Positions 26,872 to 35,070 of a DNA stretch of 64,000 nt are shown here, piece after piece. How positions within the stretch are numbered: the first letter of the stretch is position 1; each line of letters starts with the position of its first letter. The position numbers were made by a program, and so were the translations under genes. Where the stretch lies: assembly GCA_045809745.1 (NCBI GenBank), contig JBJMXE010000091.1, positions 3,016 to 67,015 of the forward strand, read 5' to 3'. The notes below the pieces were generated by a model. The model saw only the letters and a list, made by a program, of their open reading frames with translations. It searched no databases and had not been told where the DNA came from. The DNA is from Chthoniobacterales bacterium (GTDB taxonomy: Bacteria > Verrucomicrobiota > Verrucomicrobiia > Chthoniobacterales > UBA10450).

Positions 26872-28266
26872 ATGGCTACAGCAATCACACCGCGGTCAAC
26901 GGCCCCAGCCGGACGAATGGATCCGCGCACCGCGCGGCGCGGAATGTTTGTCATCGATAACGGGAGGAACGTTGCCTTCACCTTCTTCCTGCTGGTGTTC
27001 CTGTTTGCCCTGTGGGGTTTTTGCAACGGGATGATCGACGTGATGGACAAGCATTTTCAGGAGGAATTACACCTGAACCTGGCCCAATCAGCCTGGGTCC
27101 AGTTCGCGCACTACCTCGGCTATTTTGTGATGGCGATTCCCGCCGGGTGGCTGGCCATCAAACTCGGCTACAAAGGCGGTATCATCGCCGGATTGCTGAT
27201 GGTGGCAGTCGGCGGGTTCTGGTTCATTCCGGCTACTCACATTGCCCAGTTCTGGGCGTTCTTGTTAGGCGTGTGCGTGATTGCGGCCGGGCTGACGTTC
27301 CTGGAGACGATTGCCAATCCCTACACCACGGTTCTCGGTCCACCGCAGTATGCCGCTACCCGGATCAATCTGGCTCAATCCATTAACGGTATCGGTTTGT
27401 TATGCGGGCCGATCGTGGGTGGAGCGTTTTTCTACTCAAAAAACGCCTCCGGCATAAGCACTGGGAGCGAGCGGCTTTGGATACCCTACGCATTTATCGG
27501 CGTAATGGTGATCGTCCTCGCCATCGTCTTCTTTTTTGCGCCGATGCCCGACATCGAGATGGAAGACGATTACCAAATCGATGATCAGGCCGCGGATGGG
27601 CGCCGATCGATCTGGTCTCATCCACATTTCTGGATGGCGGTCATCGCGCAGTTTCTATACATCGCGGCGCAGGCCGGCATCTTTAGCTTTTTCATCAACT
27701 ACATGACGTCACAGGTGCCGGCGGTACCAGGTTCGTGGGCAACGGCATGGCCCGGCTGGTTCGAGCTGCACCCCAACGGCATTCTCGGTTTTAGCAACAA
27801 GGGGGCATCAAATCTGGCTTCGTTAGGCTTTCTCTGCTTTCTGATCGGCCGCTTTAGCGGCAGTGCGATCCTGAAAAAATTCACTCCTTATAAGGTGCTG
27901 GCCTGGTATTGCATTGCCGCCGCGGTTCTCTGCCTTGTTATCTTCTTCAAACTGGGATGGGTATCGGTAGCGTCGGTCTTCCTCACCTACTTCTTCATGT
28001 CGATCATGTTTCCGACGATCTTTGCGCTCGGAATCTTCGGCCTCGGTCAATGCGCCAAAAAAGCGTCATCCTTCATTGTCATGGCGATCATGGGTGGCGC
28101 TATCCTGCCGAAGGTCATGGGGGCGGTGGCCGATCGCTACGATTTATCGCGAGGCTTCATTGTTCCGATGCTCTGCTTTGCGTTTGTGGCGTTTTATGGC
28201 TTCATGTGGCCACGACTGAGTCATGGCGAAGGTGCCGTGACCGTCTCCACTTCGACCGGCCACTGA
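26872..28266 (+). CDS. MFS sugar:H+ symporter (FucP / glucose-galactose GluP family)
   Basis: About 12 TM helices. The family-typical N-terminal motif FALWGFCNGMIDVMDKHFQ is present. Confidence 0.85.
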   Translation: MATAITPRSTAPAGRMDPRTARRGMFVIDNGRNVAFTFFLLVFLFALWGFCNGMIDVMDKHFQEELHLNLAQSAWVQFAHYLGYFVMAIPAGWLAIKLGYKGGIIAGLLMVAVGGFWFIPATHIAQFWAFLLGVCVIAAGLTFLETIANPYTTVLGPPQYAATRINLAQSINGIGLLCGPIVGGAFFYSKNASGISTGSERLWIPYAFIGVMVIVLAIVFFFAPMPDIEMEDDYQIDDQAADGRRSIWSHPHFWMAVIAQFLYIAAQAGIFSFFINYMTSQVPAVPGSWATAWPGWFELHPNGILGFSNKGASNLASLGFLCFLIGRFSGSAILKKFTPYKVLAWYCIAAAVLCLVIFFKLGWVSVASVFLTYFFMSIMFPTIFALGIFGLGQCAKKASSFIVMAIMGGAILPKVMGAVADRYDLSRGFIVPMLCFAFVAFYGFMWPRLSHGEGAVTVSTSTGH

Positions 28267-28832
28267 TGAGTGCGACGTTCGAAGTAGATCATTCCAGGAT
28301 CGCGACCGACCCGGCGCTGGCACACTTCGCTGAGGAACTCGATCGGCTGTGCCCTATCGATTCGGTTGACGCGTTCAATCGTTATTCCCGTACCGCATGT
28401 CGACTTTGGCGTGACCGTTTCCCGGACCGCGCTGGCGAAATCCCTGACCGATTTCGCAAACTTCGGGAACAGATCGATTCCGGAGGTGCGAACGTAATCC
28501 GGACACGGTGGGGCGGCGTGGTCGTCACTTTGCACGAACACCCGCGAGTCGAGAAGTTCCTCGTGGTCGACTCCGGCCATTATCTCGCACTCGAAAAGCA
28601 CGAGCAGAAGGTCGAGCGCCTGGAATCGACTGAAGGAATGGGTCTGGTGCTCTGGCGGAATGCCGGTTCCGGCGGCTTGTTAGCGGAGCTGTTTTTGCCG
28701 TCCGGGGTATTGCAGCTTGGTCCCGGCATCGAGCATTGCCTTATCGGCCTCGAGAATCTCGTGGTGTTTGAACGGTCCATTGACCCGAAAGGGATGGACC
28801 AAGACCTGATTTTTATCTACGAGCCGAACTGA
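28266..28832 (+). CDS. cupin-like protein resembling the type II phosphomannose isomerase C-terminal domain
   Basis: ATG 28266 overlaps the transporter stop (TGATG). The C-terminal half (KFLVVDSGHYLALEKHEQKVERLESTEGMGLVLW...GMDQDLIFIYEP) resembles the PMI-type cupin. The longer ORF from 27909 overlaps the transporter in another frame. Confidence 0.5.
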   Translation: MSATFEVDHSRIATDPALAHFAEELDRLCPIDSVDAFNRYSRTACRLWRDRFPDRAGEIPDRFRKLREQIDSGGANVIRTRWGGVVVTLHEHPRVEKFLVVDSGHYLALEKHEQKVERLESTEGMGLVLWRNAGSGGLLAELFLPSGVLQLGPGIEHCLIGLENLVVFERSIDPKGMDQDLIFIYEPN

Positions 28833-28833
28833 C

Positions 28834-29763
28834 ATGAGGGGCGAGTTCTTTGCGTTCGGTGAGATGCTTTGGGATTGTCTGCCGTCGGGGAAGCACGCAG
28901 GGGGCGCGCCCTTCAATGTTGCCGCGCATCTTGCCCAACTCGGTGTGCCAGTGGCGCTCATTTCAGCGGTAGGTCGCGACCCATTAGGCGATGAGCTATT
29001 ACAGGTAGCTCGAGACAAAAAGATATTTACCGATTTCATCGGACGCGTCCGCATTGGTCTGCCGACCGGAACGGTGGTGGCAACGTTAGACCAAAAAGGC
29101 AACGCAACTTACGAGTTGGTCCAGCCAGCAGCGTGGGATGAAATCAAAATTTCAGCGAAAGCACTTACTGCCGTCGCGCAGGCGCGCGCTTTGACCTTCG
29201 GATCGCTCGCTGGCCGCTCCCCTTACAACCTTGAACAGTTGAACGAGCTATTGAAGGTCAATGGACCGTTAAAGTTTTTCGACGTCAATCTCCGCCCGCC
29301 ATTTGTTGATCCGCCACTGGTGATCGACCTGGCTAAACGTGCCGACGTACTCAAGCTGAACGATGGCGAAGTTGGTAAACTGGCGGCGTGGTTGGAAACG
29401 GGCGAGCTCGCGGGTAACGGTCCGCGTGGTCCCGATGAGGTGGCCCGCGCTTGCGCGATCGTTGCCGATGCCACCGAGGTCACACGCATTTGTGTGACGC
29501 TGGGGGAAGCGGGGGCAGCTTTGTGGGATCAGGGCAATGTGTTTACCGCGCTGGCTCCGAAAGTCGTTGTGCGGGACACGGTGGGGGCCGGCGACGCATT
29601 CATGGCTGGCTTGATGGTTGGCCTAACACGTGGCATCAATCCAACGACCATGCTGGAGAATGCATGCCGGCTCGGAGCCTATGTAGGGTCCCATTATGGG
29701 GCAACTCCATTGCTGCCGCCGGAGATCACCGAGCTGTTTAAGGCCCGAAGCACCGGCTCCTAG
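28834..29763 (+). CDS. PfkB-family sugar kinase (fructokinase-like)
   Basis: Motifs GGAPFNVAAHLAQLG and DTVGAGDAF. The start is 1 nt after the preceding stop. Confidence 0.85.
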   Translation: MRGEFFAFGEMLWDCLPSGKHAGGAPFNVAAHLAQLGVPVALISAVGRDPLGDELLQVARDKKIFTDFIGRVRIGLPTGTVVATLDQKGNATYELVQPAAWDEIKISAKALTAVAQARALTFGSLAGRSPYNLEQLNELLKVNGPLKFFDVNLRPPFVDPPLVIDLAKRADVLKLNDGEVGKLAAWLETGELAGNGPRGPDEVARACAIVADATEVTRICVTLGEAGAALWDQGNVFTALAPKVVVRDTVGAGDAFMAGLMVGLTRGINPTTMLENACRLGAYVGSHYGATPLLPPEITELFKARSTGS

Positions 29764-29974
29764 GGCAAGCTCAAACCAGGAAAACCACGCCTGGACGGCG
29801 GTCCGAGATCATGAGCAACCGCTGCTGTAATGGCAGTAACCGTGGGTTTTTATAGCAGGGTCTGACTTTTAACCTCGCATCCGCTCTTTTTGCCGGTCAT
29901 ACGAATTCTGATGCAGTTGAAAGGCCGTTTCTGTTAGACTTGAAAGATTCGCGTCTTTTGACCCGACCATAACA

Positions 29975-30703
29975 ATGAAGCAGGCACTCTGGATAGCTAT
30001 CGTTAACAGCATAGTCGCGGCACAACTCTCGGTCTGTTTGGCTGGAACGGACTCTGTCCGCGATAGCAAGGACATGAAGCAAGTCGCCACCGAGCCCCCG
30101 CCGGCGGAACTGTGCGACTGGACTGGATTCTATGTAGGCGTTCACAGCGGCGGCCAGTTCGGCCATAGCGCAACGCAAGATTTTGCAACCGGCCGCGTGT
30201 TCGGATATGACGAATCGGGGTTCAATGGCGGCTTGCAACTTGGTTACAATTTTCAATGGAAATGGCTGGTGGTGGGTCCTGAAATTGATGTCGGCTACAT
30301 GAATCTGGAAGGTCACGGCGACGAACCGAACTTTCGCGGTGTTCACGGCGAGACCGACAGTGACTTCTACACGACACTGCGAGGCCGGCTGGGCGTTAGG
30401 CTAAATTGCCATGGCTGCTGGCTCGTTTACGCAACCGGCGGAGCTATTGGAGTAAACTATACGACCAGGTTCCACGTTGATCCTGATTTCTTCGACGCGC
30501 GCGGTAACGACTTCAACTGGGGGTATACTGTAGGCGGCGGCGTTGAACGGAAGATTGGTCGCCACTGGTCGGTGAAAGCCGAGTATCTTTATTACCGCCT
30601 CGACCAGCAGTCGTTTGGCGGGCCGCTGAACGGTGTGCCGATCGATTTTCGGGCCGAAACGAGCGGTCATATCTTGCGCGCCGGATTGAACTACCAGTTT
30701 TAA
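29975..30703 (+). CDS. outer-membrane beta-barrel protein (OMP_b-brl type)
   Basis: Signal peptide, alternating beta-strand pattern, and a terminal LNYQF with C-terminal Phe. Confidence 0.75.
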   Translation: MKQALWIAIVNSIVAAQLSVCLAGTDSVRDSKDMKQVATEPPPAELCDWTGFYVGVHSGGQFGHSATQDFATGRVFGYDESGFNGGLQLGYNFQWKWLVVGPEIDVGYMNLEGHGDEPNFRGVHGETDSDFYTTLRGRLGVRLNCHGCWLVYATGGAIGVNYTTRFHVDPDFFDARGNDFNWGYTVGGGVERKIGRHWSVKAEYLYYRLDQQSFGGPLNGVPIDFRAETSGHILRAGLNYQF

Positions 30704-30880
30704 ACAACTCGGCCCGGTTCGCAGCGAACCTGTTTGTTTTAGCCGCCTCGCTCTGTCGAGGGGAAGGGAAGAAGACGCGAACTCAACGCCGTGGTCGGAT
30801 TGGCGGCTAGGAGCGCGAGGCGCTCTCGTGGTAATTCTGGAAGGGTCCATTCCTGGTTCGAGCCGCGATTCTTTGATGTT

Positions 30881-31465
30881 ATGGAACTCGAAACCTTGCG
30901 TGATTTGTACGTTCATGAACTGAAGGATCTTTACAGCGCGGAGCAACAACTCATCAAAGCGCTGCCAAAGATGAAGAAGGCGGCGAAGAATCGCAGCCTG
31001 GCAGCAGGCTTCAATCAACATTTCGAGCAAACCAAGCGCCACGCCAAGCGGCTCGAGCAGATTCTAAAACGGCACGATCAGTCAACCCGCGGTCCTAAGT
31101 GCGAAGGCATGGAGGGGTTAATCAAGGAAGGCGACAAGATGGCGGGAGAAGATGCCCAGGACGACGTGCGTGACGCCGGCTTGATCGCTTCAGCACAACG
31201 AGTGGAGCATTACGAAATTGCCGGCTATGGTTGCGCTCGGACCTATGCCGAGTTGTTAGGCGACAGCCAGGGTGCCCGGCTGCTCGATACCACTCTGCGT
31301 GAGGAGGCGAACACCGATAAGAAGTTAACGAAGCTGGCGAAGCAGTTGATAAACGTCAAAGCCAGGAAGGCGCGGCCCGCGACAAACAAATCGGACGGCG
31401 GAATGACCGGCGCCATCAAACGCGTGGTAGCGAAGGTTACCGGCGGCGCGAACGGACAACGATAG
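30881..31465 (+). CDS. ferritin-like DUF892 (YciE/YciF family) protein
   Basis: ORF 30791..31465. ATG 30881 gives MELETLRDLYVHELKDLYSAEQQLIKALPKM, the family-typical N-terminus. Confidence 0.8.
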   Translation: MELETLRDLYVHELKDLYSAEQQLIKALPKMKKAAKNRSLAAGFNQHFEQTKRHAKRLEQILKRHDQSTRGPKCEGMEGLIKEGDKMAGEDAQDDVRDAGLIASAQRVEHYEIAGYGCARTYAELLGDSQGARLLDTTLREEANTDKKLTKLAKQLINVKARKARPATNKSDGGMTGAIKRVVAKVTGGANGQR

Positions 31466-31599
31466 GGCGCGGGACTTCCTAACCAGTCGGAGCGGTAGGG
31501 CAAGCGCGTCGCTTGCCGCGGATCTAAACCGGCATGCGGAGCGCCTGCCCTGCAACTGAGGTTGAGACATTGTTGCCTACGGGCCGTATCAGCCGGATC

Positions 31600-31624
31600 G
31601 GCGTCTGACACAGACGCCCTACAA
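31600..31624 (-). repeat. GTAG-headed REP-like hairpin (class GGCGTCTG)
   Basis: The reverse complement reads TTGTAGGGCGTCTGTGTCAGACGCC, identical over 25 nt to 63173..63197. It has an 8-bp stem and a TGT loop. Confidence 0.8.
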
Positions 31625-31832
31625 TTCGTGAATAGCCGATTCGTTAGGCTCGGGGCGCCCTATTTTTGTCCCGGCTGTCGGCCCGGTGGAACGCGATCTC
31701 CGCGCGCGTTGTTGAATCGATCGCAGCGAAGCTGCGATAAGATTGAGCGGCATAGCGGCTGATCGGTAACAACGGGCTGGGGAGATCGCGTTCCGCCGTC
31801 GAGACCGATGCTTGCCTGCCCCGATCGAACCG

Positions 31833-32480
31833 CTAGCGTACACGCGAAAACGCGAGCCGCGCGCCGAACCCGATCATCGCCAATCCCGAGACAGCTTCCA
31901 GACTGGCTTTCACCCGCGGCTTTGTCAGAAAAGCTCGCATTCTCCCGGCGCATATCGCGATTCCTCCAAGCCAGATTACGCCCATCAAATAATGACAGAA
32001 TGTCATGAGGAGCGATTTCATCAACACCGGGTCGTTAGGGCTGATGAACTGAGGCAGGACCGCGAAATAGAAGACCGCGATCTTCGGATTCAAGGCGTTG
32101 GTAAGAAGACCTTGCCGGTAGCAGCGCCAGCGGCTGCCAGCGTTATTGCGCCGATCGATGTTTGCCTGGACAGCGAATCTCTTTGTCCATAGTCGGCCCG
32201 CTTCCAGCAAGCTCTGAATTCCAAGGTAAAGGAGGTAGAACGCTCCCGCGATTTTGACGAGGTTGAAAGCGACTGGCAAACGAACGAACAGTGCGGCAAC
32301 GCCGAGTGTTGCCAGGAACGGCTGAAAAACAAATCCGGAACAGATGCCGGCCATGGTGCACAAACCGTCCCGGGTTCCGCCTGAGAGCGTATTACGGAGG
32401 GTCAGCACGGTGTCAGCCCCGGGGGTGATGGTTAGCACTGCGGCCAACGCTAAAAAAGCCCAGAACAGGGAATCAAACAT
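31833..32480 (-). CDS. LysE/RhtB family amino-acid exporter
   Basis: The N-terminal ITPGADTVLTLRNTLSGG motif and about 6 TM helices. Confidence 0.85.
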   Translation of the reverse strand: MFDSLFWAFLALAAVLTITPGADTVLTLRNTLSGGTRDGLCTMAGICSGFVFQPFLATLGVAALFVRLPVAFNLVKIAGAFYLLYLGIQSLLEAGRLWTKRFAVQANIDRRNNAGSRWRCYRQGLLTNALNPKIAVFYFAVLPQFISPNDPVLMKSLLMTFCHYLMGVIWLGGIAICAGRMRAFLTKPRVKASLEAVSGLAMIGFGARLAFSRVR

Positions 32481-32531
32481 AGCGCAACAGATTACGATAT
32501 TTGTTGGCGCCGATGAATACGAAAGACTCGC

Positions 32532-32556
32532 TGTAGCCGGGGACGGTGACCCCGGC
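32532..32556 (+). repeat. GTAG-headed REP-like hairpin (class GCCGGGG)
   Basis: TGTAGCCGGGGACGGTGACCCCGGC with a GCCGGGG/CCCCGGC stem. It lies in a divergent intergenic region. Confidence 0.6.
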
Positions 32557-32679
32557 TGACATTCAGGTAATCATCTCCAAGACGGGGGTGAGCGACCCGG
32601 CTTCAACCAGATGGGTCCGGCTACAGGTCGCCATTCGGCTGGACTTTTTCCCCTGAAGCAGGTAAAAACCTTGACTCGG

Positions 32680-34191
32680 ATGCGGTGGAAAAATCTATAT
32701 TTTTGCGGGAACGCTTTGTTAGCGACCGCAGTTCTATTGGCGGCGGCGATGGTATCAAGCGCGGTCGCAGGGACAATTACTGTGACCAGCACTGCTGACA
32801 ACGGCGCGGGCAGTTTGCGGGCGGCGCTCGGTTCCGCGGGCGGTAACGACACCATTGATTTCGCTCTGAACTTGCCGGCAGTGATTACGCTGACCACCGG
32901 CGAACTACTCGTCACCAACAACGTGACGATCTCCGGACCTGGAGCCGCCAATCTGACGATCAGCGGAGGTAACGCGGGGCGGGTGTTTCATGCCGGAACA
33001 TCGAATACGGTCACCATTTCGAGCCTAACGATTGCCGATGGGCTGGTGAGCGCAGGCGGCGTCGGCGCGGGGATTTATCTCGAGAACGCGAATTTGACGC
33101 TGCTGAACTGCGTCATCCAGAACAACCACGCTACTGGTGGAAGCACCGCGCACGGTGCCGGAATTTACGCCATCCAATCTCAGCTCACTCTGACTGGATG
33201 CACCATCGGCAGCAATGTTGCTTCAGGAAACGGCGGAGGTGTTTACAACATTGGTTCCACCGTAACGCTGAATCGCAGCACAATCAGCGGAAACAGTGGA
33301 CTGAATGGCGGCGGGTTGTTCAGTGCCGCTGGCACGACCAACCTGATTGGCTGCCTCGTTAGCGCGAACGTTGCGACTCATGGCGGCGGCGTAGCGAACG
33401 TAGGCGCGCTCGGCGCAGCTGCGCTGACAATGAATAACTGTACCTTTAGCAGCAACACCGTGTCTGGCGCGAGCGCTACCGGAAGTCAGGTTTATAATTC
33501 GCGTCAACTATCAGCCACTTCGGCAGCGATCATCAACTCGACAATTTTGAGCAATATGGTTGCGGGCAATTATGCCGGCGGAGCGGTCTACAATGAAAAT
33601 GGAGCAACTGTTACCGCAGGGAGCAGCATCATTCAGACAAGCGTGCAGGAACATAGCTTCGTTAACGCCGGCGCGGGAAGCATCACTTCGATGGGTTACA
33701 ACCTGAGTTTCGATACCGGTAACGGTTTTCTGACTGGTCCGGCCGATCAGATCAGTACCGATCCATTGCTCGATGTCGGCACTGGACCTCGTGACAACGG
33801 CGGCCCTACGTTCACAATCGCTCTCCAGGCGAACAGTCCGGCGATTGATAAGGGCAAAGTGTTCGGCAGCGGCACCGATCAGCGGGGCGAACCGCGACCA
33901 TTCAACGACCCGGGTGTGCCCAACGCTGTAAACGGGGACGGGAGTGACATCGGGGCATACGAAGCGGATCTGCGCCTAACAAGTCTGGCCAGAGTGAGCA
34001 ACAATTTGCAGCTTAACTTTACCACTATTGTCGGAAAGAGTTACCAGCTACAGAGCCGGCCAAGCCTGGTGATGGGCGGTTGGAACGGTGTTGGTGGCGC
34101 GTTGGCCGGCAATGGCGGGATTGAAGGTTCAACGGCCACGAACGCGTTCAGTTCGGCAGTGCAGTTCTATCGCATCTTGCAGACGCCGTAG
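32680..34191 (+). CDS. secreted right-handed beta-helix protein (choice-of-anchor Q / PMP-repeat-like) with FYRI-type C-terminal domain
   Basis: ORF 32611..34191. ATG 32680 precedes a signal peptide. The N-terminal motif is TVTSTADNGAGSLRAALGSAGGNDTIDF. Repeated GGG(V/L)(Y/F) turns follow, and the protein ends VQFYRILQTP. Confidence 0.7.
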   Translation: MRWKNLYFCGNALLATAVLLAAAMVSSAVAGTITVTSTADNGAGSLRAALGSAGGNDTIDFALNLPAVITLTTGELLVTNNVTISGPGAANLTISGGNAGRVFHAGTSNTVTISSLTIADGLVSAGGVGAGIYLENANLTLLNCVIQNNHATGGSTAHGAGIYAIQSQLTLTGCTIGSNVASGNGGGVYNIGSTVTLNRSTISGNSGLNGGGLFSAAGTTNLIGCLVSANVATHGGGVANVGALGAAALTMNNCTFSSNTVSGASATGSQVYNSRQLSATSAAIINSTILSNMVAGNYAGGAVYNENGATVTAGSSIIQTSVQEHSFVNAGAGSITSMGYNLSFDTGNGFLTGPADQISTDPLLDVGTGPRDNGGPTFTIALQANSPAIDKGKVFGSGTDQRGEPRPFNDPGVPNAVNGDGSDIGAYEADLRLTSLARVSNNLQLNFTTIVGKSYQLQSRPSLVMGGWNGVGGALAGNGGIEGSTATNAFSSAVQFYRILQTP

Positions 34192-34422
34192 ACAGCAGGC
34201 TTCCCGCCGCGCCTGCGCGTGGAGATCCAGGGAGCGGCGGTCGCCGAAGCGCCGACCCGGTTCGGCGACTGGGAAGTCCCGCTCAGTGATCAAAGAATTC
34301 CGGTATTCTGACCGCGCCATCCAGAGTCTTACGGCCGAATCCGACCAAAGCGGACCGGGTAAACCGTTCGGCTGCAGCAGATTTCGCTAGCGCTGGCATT
34401 GTTTTGGCGGAGAATTGTTCTC

Positions 34423-34953
34423 ATGACGAAGGCTTGGGCTGTTGGGTTGGCCGTGTTGTCGGGTCTCTGCTCTGGGATGAACGCGCAGCAGAATGACGGG
34501 ATGAGCGCGCTCGATGGTGCAAACCGACCATCATCGGCGCCCGTCGCCGCGCTCGGCTTGTCAGATGGGCATCATTTTCCTTTCCGGAGCGCTTTTGCCT
34601 GGATGGAACCGGCTAACGATTTTCTTCCGAACTGGAAGCCGGATGGATGGGACTCCGCGCCGGATTACAAGGTGGCGACCAAATCGCGTCAGCCCCGACA
34701 GCGAACTAACGACTACAAAAATGTGTCCGAGGGCAAAGACTCGACCGGGGGATCGGTCGAACTGCGGAAGAGTTTATTTGATAACGTCCATGGCGAGGTG
34801 GGCTTCCTTTACGGCGCTTCGAGCGGAGGGCGAGTCAGTCATCAGCTCGAGTCCAGCTACATTTTTGGCAGCGTTGGCGATGAGCATGTGCAGATTAGCG
34901 CCGGTGCGTTCTACGAACACTCGAACACCGATTTTTCCCGGCGCGGCCGCTAG
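34423..34953 (+). CDS. secreted hypothetical protein
   Basis: ORF 34399..34953. ATG 34423 gives the signal peptide MTKAWAVGLAVLSGLCSGMNA. No motif recognised. Confidence 0.45.
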   Translation: MTKAWAVGLAVLSGLCSGMNAQQNDGMSALDGANRPSSAPVAALGLSDGHHFPFRSAFAWMEPANDFLPNWKPDGWDSAPDYKVATKSRQPRQRTNDYKNVSEGKDSTGGSVELRKSLFDNVHGEVGFLYGASSGGRVSHQLESSYIFGSVGDEHVQISAGAFYEHSNTDFSRRGR

Positions 34954-34963
34954 ATGGTTCTCC

Positions 34964-34989
34964 TTGTAGCGGCGGTCTCTGACCGTCGC
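34964..34989 (+). repeat. GTAG-headed REP-like hairpin (class GCGGCGGTC)
   Basis: TTGTAGCGGCGGTCTCTGACCGTCGC has a 9-bp stem with one G-T wobble. It starts 11 nt after the stop at 34953. Confidence 0.75.
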
Positions 34990-35007
34990 ACTAATTCTGC
35001 TGAAGGG

Positions 35008-35039
35008 TTCCTCGCTCGCTCGCAGATCGAGAGATGTCT
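35008..35039 (+). repeat. MITE/REP-like element, degenerate right-arm fragment D
   Basis: TTCCTCGCTCGCTCGCAGATCGAGAGATGTCT matches the TTCCTCGC..GCTCGCCAGA..GAGAGATGTCT core of copies A-C. It lacks the palindrome. Confidence 0.55.
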
Positions 35040-35070
35040 CGACGACGCTCAACACGACATCCAAAATTAC

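Noticed and set aside
27909-28265. Long N-terminal extension of the cupin ORF (track ORF 27909..28832).
   Set aside because: These 119 codons overlap the MFS transporter gene in another frame, and their translation is low-complexity and Arg/Cys-rich. ATG 28266, overlapping the transporter stop, is the sensible start.
30845-30875. tRNA-like T-arm sequence GGTTCGAGCC.
   Set aside because: No complementary T-stem, acceptor stem or anticodon arm can be drawn around it. It lies just upstream of, and partly within the leader of, the YciE-like gene.
34240-34269. 9-bp inverted repeat GTCGCCGAA...TTCGGCGAC after the beta-helix gene as a terminator.
   Set aside because: The loop is 12 nt and there is no U-tract. 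This is insufficient to call function.
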